From: a virus
Taxonomy: Duplodnaviria; Caudoviricetes
DNA: 28,310 nt
Virus record (IMG/VR): IMGVR_UViG_3300042367_000084
Location: 1 to 28,310 of that record
Reading direction: 5' to 3' (one strand)
In this document: piece after piece, positions 19,112 through 25,781 of the stretch
Position numbering within the stretch: position 1 is the stretch's first letter
Layout of the letters: every line of letters starts with the position of its first letter
The notes under the pieces: model-generated
What the model was told of the DNA's origin: nothing
The model's input: only the letters and a program-made list of their open reading frames with translations
The model's database searches: none
Program-made: the position numbers and the translations under genes

Positions 19112-19360
19112 TTGCAGAAGAATACAAAAAATATACTTTTTGAACTTGATCAACTGCTTAGGCACAAGGATAAAGCAAATCTGATTGAAAGCAGAGCTAA
19201 TAACATCATTAATGGTGCTATTAACCTGATTAATCACATCCGTGAAAACTATGATGCCGAACAGGCCGGCGAACTAGAGCGTCGTCTACTTAATGCAATC
19301 AAAGGTCAAGACCCAGCAAAATTTAGCCGCGGTATCAGGAAATTAAAAGATGAAGATTAA
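19112..19360 (+). CDS. Hypothetical phage protein, 82 aa (TTG start)
   Basis: AAGGA SD 6 nt upstream; helical composition. Confidence 0.75.
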   Translation: MQKNTKNILFELDQLLRHKDKANLIESRANNIINGAINLINHIRENYDAEQAGELERRLLNAIKGQDPAKFSRGIRKLKDED

Positions 19361-19790
19361 TGAAATATTGGCCGAAGCGGAAATTGACGATTTAATAGCA
19401 CAATCTACTGCTCCGGGAGTTAAAAAACCTGGAATAGTTGATAGATTTAATGCATCAGCACAACGCGGCGCGAATAGTGCTGCTACTCGTAAAGCAAATC
19501 CGGGAATAATCGGTGGAGCACTTAATGGTGTTGCAAAGGGCATTGATAGTGTATCAAATACTATAGCAAATACTACTAAGGGTATTCCAACTAGTTATGC
19601 CACAGCATTACCAAATACAACGCAAGGTACTGCACCAACTGCGTCCTTCTCTGGCACAAGCGGAGAACCAGTAGTTGCTCCTCAGAATGCAGAATATTTA
19701 AGAAAACTTGCTAATAATAAAGTAGCAACAACGGGAACAGATTCGCCGGAAGTTAATGCTGTAATTAAATCGGCTGGTTTATTAAAATAA
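19350..19790 (+). CDS. Low-complexity A/T/G-rich protein with MKINEILAE leader; possible internal head protein
   Basis: Leader shared with the next gene; lies in a putative late operon. Confidence 0.7.
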   Translation: MKINEILAEAEIDDLIAQSTAPGVKKPGIVDRFNASAQRGANSAATRKANPGIIGGALNGVAKGIDSVSNTIANTTKGIPTSYATALPNTTQGTAPTASFSGTSGEPVVAPQNAEYLRKLANNKVATTGTDSPEVNAVIKSAGLLK

Positions 19791-19805
19791 TAATAGAGAA
19801 CATAT

Positions 19806-20468
19806 ATGAAGATTAATGAAATATTAACAGAAAATACTGTAGATGAGAGCGTAGTTGATTCAGTTAAAAATTTAGGACAAAATTTTGCCAGCGGACTTAA
19901 AGGTGGTGCTAAAACAGGCGTACGAAATGCACAGGGAAAATTTACTAAAGCTGGCTTAATTGCAACTGCGGTTAACAAACTAGGTAAAGGAGTAGCCGCA
20001 ATACCTAAACTTCCACAAGCGGTTGCCGCAGCTAAAACAGGATATCAAGCATCACAAACATCAAAACAACAGGCAGAGCAAACTAAAAAAGTTGCAACCG
20101 GAGCATTGCAAAAATGGGTTGCAATTGATAAAAATATTAAATTATCAGGCCAACAAGCTCAGCCTGCGCAAGCAGTACAGTGGTTTACTACATTTACCGG
20201 ATCAGCACCAACTACTACCCCAGCTAATACATCTCTTAACACAATGTCTCAATGGGTGAATACAGAGGTTTCTAATTTTATGGCAAAACGAGCATTGGGT
20301 CCAGCTGCAACACCGGCACCAACACCAACAGTTGCTAAATCACAAACAACAAAATCAACAAAAACAACAGCACCATTGCCAACAATAGGCGGCATAGGAC
20401 CCAATGATCCGAGATACGCAGCACTAGCCGCAAAAACTAAAAATGCGCCAGCAACTCCTGTTCGATAA
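19806..20468 (+). CDS. Basic A/T/K-rich protein with MKINEILTE leader; possible internal head protein
   Basis: First 20 nt identical to the ORF at 19350; GAG SD-like sequence upstream. Confidence 0.72.
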   Translation: MKINEILTENTVDESVVDSVKNLGQNFASGLKGGAKTGVRNAQGKFTKAGLIATAVNKLGKGVAAIPKLPQAVAAAKTGYQASQTSKQQAEQTKKVATGALQKWVAIDKNIKLSGQQAQPAQAVQWFTTFTGSAPTTTPANTSLNTMSQWVNTEVSNFMAKRALGPAATPAPTPTVAKSQTTKSTKTTAPLPTIGGIGPNDPRYAALAAKTKNAPATPVR

Positions 20469-20479
20469 ATGGAAATTTA

Positions 20480-21736
20480 ATGAAGTTATTTGAAATAAAA
20501 AAACAAACACCGCAATGGTTACTTGCTGAAGCCGCAGGAGCAAAAGCAGTAAACCCGCACTTAGAACACTTGGAAGATTTAATCTTTAACAGTGGCTATG
20601 TAGGTGCGCTAGCGGCATTAGATTACGTAGAAAGTTTACGTGCTATGTTAGCAGAAGGTACAGGCACAACAACACAACTTACGGTTAAATGGGATGGTGC
20701 ACCAGCAATTATCTGCGGTATTGACCCAAGTGATAGTAAGTTTTTCATTGGTACTAAATCAGTATTTGCTAAAGGTGAACCTAAACGTTGCAAAACACCA
20801 AAAGACATTGATAAATGGTACAGCGCACAACCAGAGCTTGCGGCAAAACTAACAGCATCATTAAAATATCTGTCAAAACTTGGCATTGGTGGTGTAGTGC
20901 AAGGCGACCTAATGTTTACAGAAGGTGATATAACCACAGTGTCTATTAACAACGAAGATTGTTATGTGTTTACACCCAACACAATTACCTATGCTGTGCC
21001 AGTTAACAGCAACTTAGGACAACGTATTGCTCGAGCTAAACTTGGTATTATATTCCACACCAGCTACGAAGGTGATTCATTAGATGCAATGACAGCAAAC
21101 TACGGTGTAAACGTAAGTGGATTAACACCAACAGCAGACGTATGGTTTGATGACGCAACATATAAAGATTATACCGGCATTGCAAGTTTAACACCTAGTG
21201 AAAATGTCAAAATACAAAAACAAATTGCTGCCACACAAGCAACAATAGAAAAGATTGGGCAAGCTCGTTTTGATATTATACTAAACAACAAAGACTTTGC
21301 ACGTAGCATCAAGCCATTCATTAATCAGATGGTAAGACAAGGTGAGCAAGTGGGCGAACCTATGCAGTTCTTACAAAGATTTGTTGATTACTATAACAGC
21401 GAGCTAATGAAAGACATTGAGAACTTATCGGGTGGCATTGCCGGACGTGCGGCACAGGCTCGATTAGTTAAGATTAAAGAAAAAGAACAATGGGTAGCAG
21501 ACAATGCCAACAACCTATTGATCATACTTGCTACATACAAAAGAGTTATCGAACTTAAACATGCACTAATGCGCAAACTAGCGCAGGTAGACGGGATTGG
21601 TACATTCCAAAAGACCAACGATGGTTATAAAGTAACTGCTCCGGAAGGCTTTGTTGCTATAGGGCACGATGGCGGGGCAATTAAGTTAGTTGATAGGCTT
21701 GAATTCACACGTACAAACGCATTAAGACGTGCCTAA
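20480..21736 (+). CDS. Ligase-like nucleotidyltransferase-fold protein (DUF6267-like)
   Basis: HLEHLED, TVKWDGAP (KxDG motif I), QGDLMF (III-like), PEGFVA (IV), IKLVDR (V). The DUF name is from recall. Confidence 0.7.
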   Translation: MKLFEIKKQTPQWLLAEAAGAKAVNPHLEHLEDLIFNSGYVGALAALDYVESLRAMLAEGTGTTTQLTVKWDGAPAIICGIDPSDSKFFIGTKSVFAKGEPKRCKTPKDIDKWYSAQPELAAKLTASLKYLSKLGIGGVVQGDLMFTEGDITTVSINNEDCYVFTPNTITYAVPVNSNLGQRIARAKLGIIFHTSYEGDSLDAMTANYGVNVSGLTPTADVWFDDATYKDYTGIASLTPSENVKIQKQIAATQATIEKIGQARFDIILNNKDFARSIKPFINQMVRQGEQVGEPMQFLQRFVDYYNSELMKDIENLSGGIAGRAAQARLVKIKEKEQWVADNANNLLIILATYKRVIELKHALMRKLAQVDGIGTFQKTNDGYKVTAPEGFVAIGHDGGAIKLVDRLEFTRTNALRRA

Positions 21737-21772
21737 AAATACAAGCATTACTATACAGAATTTTGCATAGAT

Positions 21773-21805
21773 GATAAATAAAAGTATGCGCGAAAGCGTA
21801 AACTT
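21773..21805 (+). promoter_or_regulatory. Late promoter GATAAATA followed by a 5' GNRA-tetraloop hairpin
   Basis: GATAAATA 21773-80; AAGT-A-TGCGC-GAAA-GCGTA-A-ACTT 21782-21805; AGGAG SD at 21812-16. Confidence 0.7.
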
Positions 21806-21823
21806 AAAATTAGGAGAAATATT

Positions 21824-22123
21824 ATGGCTACACCAGCAAGAGTAAATGGCGGTGCTTTACCAGTAGTAACAACAGGTCGTGCATTAGACATGTTTACAGT
21901 ATCATTAACTAACGTTCACGTTAGTTATTCAGCAGTTGATAGTTTGTTTGAACAATTAGTTCGTCAACTAGAAATAGTAGGAACAGTTGAACTTTTAGGT
22001 ACACCAGCAAGCGGCGCTTTCCGTGTTGCAATTTCAGGTTCAGCTGCAACAGCAGGTGACTTGCAAACACTATTAGACGCAGCAGTTGCAGGTACTGTTA
22101 CAGTTGCAGACTATACATTCTAA
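21824..22123 (+). CDS. Small, probably abundant virion protein, 99 aa
   Basis: Has its own promoter, strong SD and terminator, and strongly biased codons (GCA, GTT/GTA, ACA, GGT). Confidence 0.8.
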   Translation: MATPARVNGGALPVVTTGRALDMFTVSLTNVHVSYSAVDSLFEQLVRQLEIVGTVELLGTPASGAFRVAISGSAATAGDLQTLLDAAVAGTVTVADYTF

Positions 22124-22146
22124 TATAAACTATTAAAATGTAAACT

Positions 22147-22177
22147 AAAAAGGCCACAATAATTTGTGGCTTTTTTT
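22147..22177 (+). terminator. Intrinsic terminator, possibly bidirectional
   Basis: AAAAAG-GCCACAA-TAAT-TTGTGGC-TTTTTTT. Confidence 0.88.
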
Positions 22178-22182
22178 ACGAC

Positions 22183-22190
22183 TATAAATA
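22183..22190 (+). promoter_or_regulatory. T4-consensus late promoter TATAAATA
   Basis: Perfect match just after the terminator; ATG 22196 follows after 5 nt. Confidence 0.7.
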
Positions 22191-22195
22191 TTGCT

Positions 22196-22618
22196 ATGGA
22201 AACATTGTATCGATATTACGCATATACCCTAATAGATATAACCGAAACGAAAGTACTAACACAGTCAGCAGAACAACAGAAGCAACGCAATCAACAACGT
22301 AATTGGGAAACAATAAATCAGTTATTAAGTTTGCGAGCACAGTTAATGGAATTTAATTATCTGCCTGCGGTCACTGATGATGTGGCAGAGTATTCATTTG
22401 GTATTAACTATACAGGTCTACATAAAATTTGGTCTTTTGACTTTGCAGTTGAGCGAGAAGATGTCTATGCAGTTAACCATGATAGGTACGGTATACTCAA
22501 GGATGATTTTAAACTTGCACCTATTATACTTGGTCTAGACGAAACAGCCAAACCCCCACTACCCTTATTCTACGCCAGCGGTGTAGATAAAAATATATAT
22601 TTTAAAACACGCATATAA
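22196..22618 (+). CDS. Hypothetical phage protein, 140 aa
   Basis: TLIDIT.T...RNQQRNWET motif. ATG 22196 was chosen because GTG 22166 lies inside the terminator stem. Confidence 0.75.
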   Translation: METLYRYYAYTLIDITETKVLTQSAEQQKQRNQQRNWETINQLLSLRAQLMEFNYLPAVTDDVAEYSFGINYTGLHKIWSFDFAVEREDVYAVNHDRYGILKDDFKLAPIILGLDETAKPPLPLFYASGVDKNIYFKTRI

Positions 22619-22636
22619 CCTACTACATTAAAATTA

Positions 22637-22734
22637 CTAAATATTAGTTGATGCAACAACATTAATCATGGCACATATTACGGCATAAACTAGGCTCAAA
22701 GAATACGCATCGCTACTAATAAAAGAGAGCGATA
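22637..22734 (+). promoter_or_regulatory. Late promoter (CTAAATA) plus a ~90-nt structured leader
   Basis: CTAAATA 22637-43; competing pairings TGATGC/GCATCG and ATCGCT/AGCGAT; three GGC(A/T) units. Confidence 0.45.
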
Positions 22735-22998
22735 ATGGCAAAACCTACAGATATTGAGAAAGAAAATTTAGAAGCACATGTCGAACTATGCGCCGTAAGG
22801 TACGGTAGCTTGGAAACTAAATTAAACAACTTAGAACAGCGCATGGATAAACTTGAGCTGCATCTGATTGACATTAAAAACAGCCTAACCGACAAAATAT
22901 CGGGTAATGACAAACAAACCATCAGCATCTTCACAACTATGATGGGCGTTGTATTAGCTGGACTTATTGGTTTTATTGCTCGCTCAATCTTTAAATAA
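22735..22998 (+). CDS. Coiled-coil protein with a C-terminal transmembrane helix (holin/XhlA-like architecture)
   Basis: Heptad L..L..R...LE region, hydrophobic IFTTMMGVVLAGLIGFIA, basic C-terminus. Confidence 0.65.
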   Translation: MAKPTDIEKENLEAHVELCAVRYGSLETKLNNLEQRMDKLELHLIDIKNSLTDKISGNDKQTISIFTTMMGVVLAGLIGFIARSIFK

Positions 22999-23012
22999 AA
23001 CTCTGCAATGCC

Positions 23013-23038
23013 ATCCTGTAATAAATACTTTATAGGAT
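23013..23038 (+). promoter_or_regulatory. Late promoter in the loop of an SD-sequestering hairpin
   Basis: ATCCTGTAA-[TAAATACT]-TTATAGGAT; the 3' arm holds the AGGA SD of ORF 23045. Confidence 0.6.
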
Positions 23039-23044
23039 AACATC

Positions 23045-23254
23045 ATGAAAATTGTTGAACTCACAAACAAACTACTACTAACAATCACAAACGAAGAACA
23101 CGAACTCTTAGAACAGTTCACTGGCGATAATACTATTGCTAAAAGTCAATTAGACGAACGCGAACAACTGATTGCAAATCAACTCACAGTCAAAGATGTA
23201 CTGTTAAGAACAAATGAAGCCGGCAAAATCTACTACAAAAAACGCATTGACTGA
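23045..23254 (+). CDS. Hypothetical protein, 69 aa, with MKIVEL leader
   Basis: AGGA SD and a late promoter upstream. Confidence 0.75.
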   Translation: MKIVELTNKLLLTITNEEHELLEQFTGDNTIAKSQLDEREQLIANQLTVKDVLLRTNEAGKIYYKKRID

Positions 23255-23705
23255 GATCGACGTTGAAAAGATACGTAGGTTTACAGAAGCAGAGTTGGCC
23301 AAACATAGTCGAGGTCCTCTGCCATTCTGCTATCAATTAGGCGCAGATACACTAATTGTAGGCAAGTACAAAATAACAAAAATAACAGACAAAAACTGGC
23401 GAATAACTAAAGATAATGAACAGATATTTGACTTTTTTAATAGAAAAGACGCCATATTTTATTGCATTGCCTTACACAAGCACAAATATGAATTAGCACA
23501 AGAAGTACGAGTTAATGATAATTTAATTGGTGTACTTGAATTTGACGCCATACTATATAGATATCGCTATAAACAAGCACAAGAGAAGAACGATGATTGG
23601 AATATCACACTATATTCTAATAAATACACTGAAACTATGCTTAGAATTGAAGAATCAAAGAAACAATTGAAGAAGTCTATTGTTTTGATAAATAATATTA
23701 AATAA
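23214..23705 (+). CDS. Hypothetical protein, 163 aa
   Basis: Long ORF filling the gap. The start is uncertain (41-nt overlap with the upstream gene). Confidence 0.7.
   Translation: MKPAKSTTKNALTEIDVEKIRRFTEAELAKHSRGPLPFCYQLGADTLIVGKYKITKITDKNWRITKDNEQIFDFFNRKDAIFYCIALHKHKYELAQEVRVNDNLIGVLEFDAILYRYRYKQAQEKNDDWNITLYSNKYTETMLRIEESKKQLKKSIVLINNIK
23687..23694 (+). promoter_or_regulatory. Putative late promoter GATAAATA
   Basis: Upstream of the AGGA SD and ATG 23727; a second TTAAATA lies at 23698-23704. Confidence 0.5.
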
Positions 23706-23726
23706 TTGCATTAGGAAGAATTAACC

Positions 23727-24404
23727 ATGAAACTATCAGAAATGTCACAGACATCTGCAAAAAGAATTAATAAAGTATTAGAAAGCCGTTTTGGCTTTGC
23801 TATTAACTATGACAATTTGTCTATTGCTAAAGCACAACGCCTGGGTGAAACAATTTCATTAAACCTAAACAAAATCCGTCATAGTGCGGATTTTCATCGT
23901 GCGGAAACAAATCCACGTTACATGGAATTGTTAACTGTACAAGAAGGCCTAAATACTTGGCTTACTGAACAACATCAACAACTAAATGAAGGCGAAGTTG
24001 GCAATGCAGAAGTATTGTTAGCTGCCAAAGATATGGTTGATAGTGTTCAGGACACCATTGAGAAAGTTGGTAAAATGCAAAATGAACAACTTCCACAATT
24101 ACTTGACAGCATCCGTGACCAAATTGGTAGTGAACAAGCTGATGCATTTAAAAATGCAGTTGGTGCTACATTAGATCAACTAATGCAAAACTTACAATCT
24201 GCACGTGAAGGTGTTGACACTGGTGTACGTGTATTAAGCGGTGAAGCAGTTGATCAACCAATGGCTTTGCCAGGTGATGAACTAGGTGCTGAATTACCTC
24301 CACCACCAGAAAGCGATTTTGATGCTGAAGAACCAGCTGATGGTTTTGCAGCTACTGATGCCGCTGTTGGTGGAACTGAAACATTAGGTAGAGAATTGCG
24401 CTAA
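23727..24404 (+). CDS. Acidic helical protein with MKLSEM leader; possible prohead core/scaffold component
   Basis: Helical, with an acidic Pro-rich tail and an internal LTE/LNE motif. Confidence 0.7.
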   Translation: MKLSEMSQTSAKRINKVLESRFGFAINYDNLSIAKAQRLGETISLNLNKIRHSADFHRAETNPRYMELLTVQEGLNTWLTEQHQQLNEGEVGNAEVLLAAKDMVDSVQDTIEKVGKMQNEQLPQLLDSIRDQIGSEQADAFKNAVGATLDQLMQNLQSAREGVDTGVRVLSGEAVDQPMALPGDELGAELPPPPESDFDAEEPADGFAATDAAVGGTETLGRELR

Positions 24405-24796
24405 TGCGTTTACGTGAATTTGCTCACGGCCCAACAAACACTCCAGAGTCTAACCTAGTTACTGCTCTGGAGTTATTACGTCACCGTTCGCAAGACAAAT
24501 CGGCATCGGCAACAATCAGCACACAAAGTCTTATTAATCTAGTGTTGAACACAGATCGTACATTCAGCTACGATGCACTAGTTGATGCAAATGAAAACAA
24601 TCCAGCAGTAAAAAATCTAATCAAAAGTTTCAATCAAGATCAAGTTGTTCTTGCTCCGCTACAAGGTAGTGAAGAAGAACCTACAACAACTAACACTAAT
24701 AGTGCAGAACAAAATACATTCCAAGCACCAGTAGATGATGTTACTAGCATGGCTAAACGTGCCGCTAAAACACGTGGTGCACCTGTAGCACAATAA
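24404..24796 (+). CDS. Hypothetical protein, 130 aa, with MRLREF leader
   Basis: TAATG coupling to the upstream gene. Confidence 0.75.
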   Translation: MRLREFAHGPTNTPESNLVTALELLRHRSQDKSASATISTQSLINLVLNTDRTFSYDALVDANENNPAVKNLIKSFNQDQVVLAPLQGSEEEPTTTNTNSAEQNTFQAPVDDVTSMAKRAAKTRGAPVAQ

Positions 24797-24806
24797 CTAA
24801 AACACA

Positions 24807-24856
24807 TTGACCTACCACTATAAATAGTATAGTATATTAGTATACTATTATAGGAG
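24807..24856 (+). promoter_or_regulatory. Overlapping sigma70-like (TTGACC-N17-TAGTAT) and late (TATAAATA) promoters, inverted repeat and SD for iscU
   Basis: TTGACC 24807-12, TATAAATA 24819-26, TAGTAT 24830-35; AATAGTATA (24823-31)/TATACTATT (24841-49); AGGAG 24852-56. Confidence 0.6.
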
Positions 24857-24862
24857 AGTATT

Positions 24863-24979
24863 ATGGCATATTCAACTGCTGTGTTAGATCACTACGAAAA
24901 TCCTAGAAATGTGGGATCTTTAGACAAGGAGAATGCGCAAGTTGGGACCGGAATCGTCGGTGCCCCAGCTTGCGGATGA
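24863..24979 (+). CDS. iscU: IscU N-terminal fragment, 38 aa; missed by the ORF track
   Basis: AGGAG SD; MAYSTAVLDHYENPRNVGSLDKENAQVGTGIVGAPACG followed by TGA matches IscU residues 1-38. Confidence 0.9.
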   Translation: MAYSTAVLDHYENPRNVGSLDKENAQVGTGIVGAPACG

Positions 24980-25245
24980 CAGGCGACGTCATGAAGTTAC
25001 AAATTCAAGTCGAAGACGGTATTATAATTGATGCAAAGTTCAAAACATACGGATGTGGTTCAGCAATTGCTAGTTCTAGTCTAGTAACAGAACTGCTTAA
25101 AGGTATGACCTTAGATGAAGCATCAACAATTAAAAATTCAGCAATAGCAGAAGAACTTGCATTACCGCCAGTTAAAATACATTGCAGTGTATTGGCAGAA
25201 GATGCTATTAAAGCTGCAATAAACGATTACAGGAATAAACAATAA
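24976..25245 (+). CDS. iscU: IscU C-terminal fragment, 89 aa
   Basis: MTGDVMKLQI...FKTYGCGSAIASSS...LPPVKIHCSVLAEDAIKAA; its ATG overlaps the N-fragment stop (ATGA). Confidence 0.88.
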   Translation: MTGDVMKLQIQVEDGIIIDAKFKTYGCGSAIASSSLVTELLKGMTLDEASTIKNSAIAEELALPPVKIHCSVLAEDAIKAAINDYRNKQ

Positions 25246-25397
25246 TGGAAGAAGTTGAAAGCCCATGTGTCGGCGTTTGCCAATTAATCAATGATGTATG
25301 TCGAGGTTGTAACAGAACAACCGATGAAGTAGTTGAGTGGTACAATTATACCAACGAACAAAAACAAGCAGTATTAGATAGAATATTTACTATATAG
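25245..25397 (+). CDS. DUF1289/YdhL-like small Cys-rich (putative Fe-S) protein, 50 aa; missed by the ORF track
   Basis: MEEVESPCVGVCQLINDVCRGCNRTTDEVVEW matches SPCxxxC...CxGCxR...E...W; TAATG coupling to iscU. Confidence 0.85.
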   Translation: MEEVESPCVGVCQLINDVCRGCNRTTDEVVEWYNYTNEQKQAVLDRIFTI

Positions 25398-25412
25398 TCT
25401 GATATTTATGTA

Positions 25413-25419
25413 CTAAATA
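25413..25419 (+). promoter_or_regulatory. Putative late promoter CTAAATA
   Basis: ATG 25425 follows after 5 nt; no SD present. Confidence 0.5.
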
Positions 25420-25424
25420 TTACT

Positions 25425-25781
25425 ATGAAATTTCCAGTGATTGAAATAGTGGATAGATACACTATTGCTGTAGTTAAATATGAAAAAACTCAAGGTGCCA
25501 ACCAAGAAGAACTTGATTTTTATATAGAACAAATGCAAGAAGTTAATTTAGATCTACAACATCAACTAATAGTTGAATTAATCGATCATCATAGATATGT
25601 GTGGTCGTTAGAAGATGACTTTAAAAAGAATCGTATAGACGGATTGCCACTAGACGAAATTGGCCAACGTGCATTACATATTAGAGACATTGGCCACAAG
25701 AGAGTTACTATTAAAAATACACTAGCTGAATTACTTGATGATCCAGTTAGAGAAATTAAACGTGATCATATTACCAAATGA
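25425..25781 (+). CDS. Helical hypothetical protein, DUF6165-like
   Basis: The EIVDRYTI..K...W.LED...R..IK...REIK pattern resembles that family, from recall. Confidence 0.6.
   Translation: MKFPVIEIVDRYTIAVVKYEKTQGANQEELDFYIEQMQEVNLDLQHQLIVELIDHHRYVWSLEDDFKKNRIDGLPLDEIGQRALHIRDIGHKRVTIKNTLAELLDDPVREIKRDHITK

Noticed and set aside
22166-22195. GTG start at 22166 given by the ORF track
   Set aside because: It lies within the terminator stem and upstream of the TATAAATA promoter; ATG 22196 fits better.
24977-24994. TGA in iscU as selenocysteine or a recoded stop
   Set aside because: Read-through gives QATS and then another TGA. IscU homology continues in a different frame, and the TGA is not at a Cys position.
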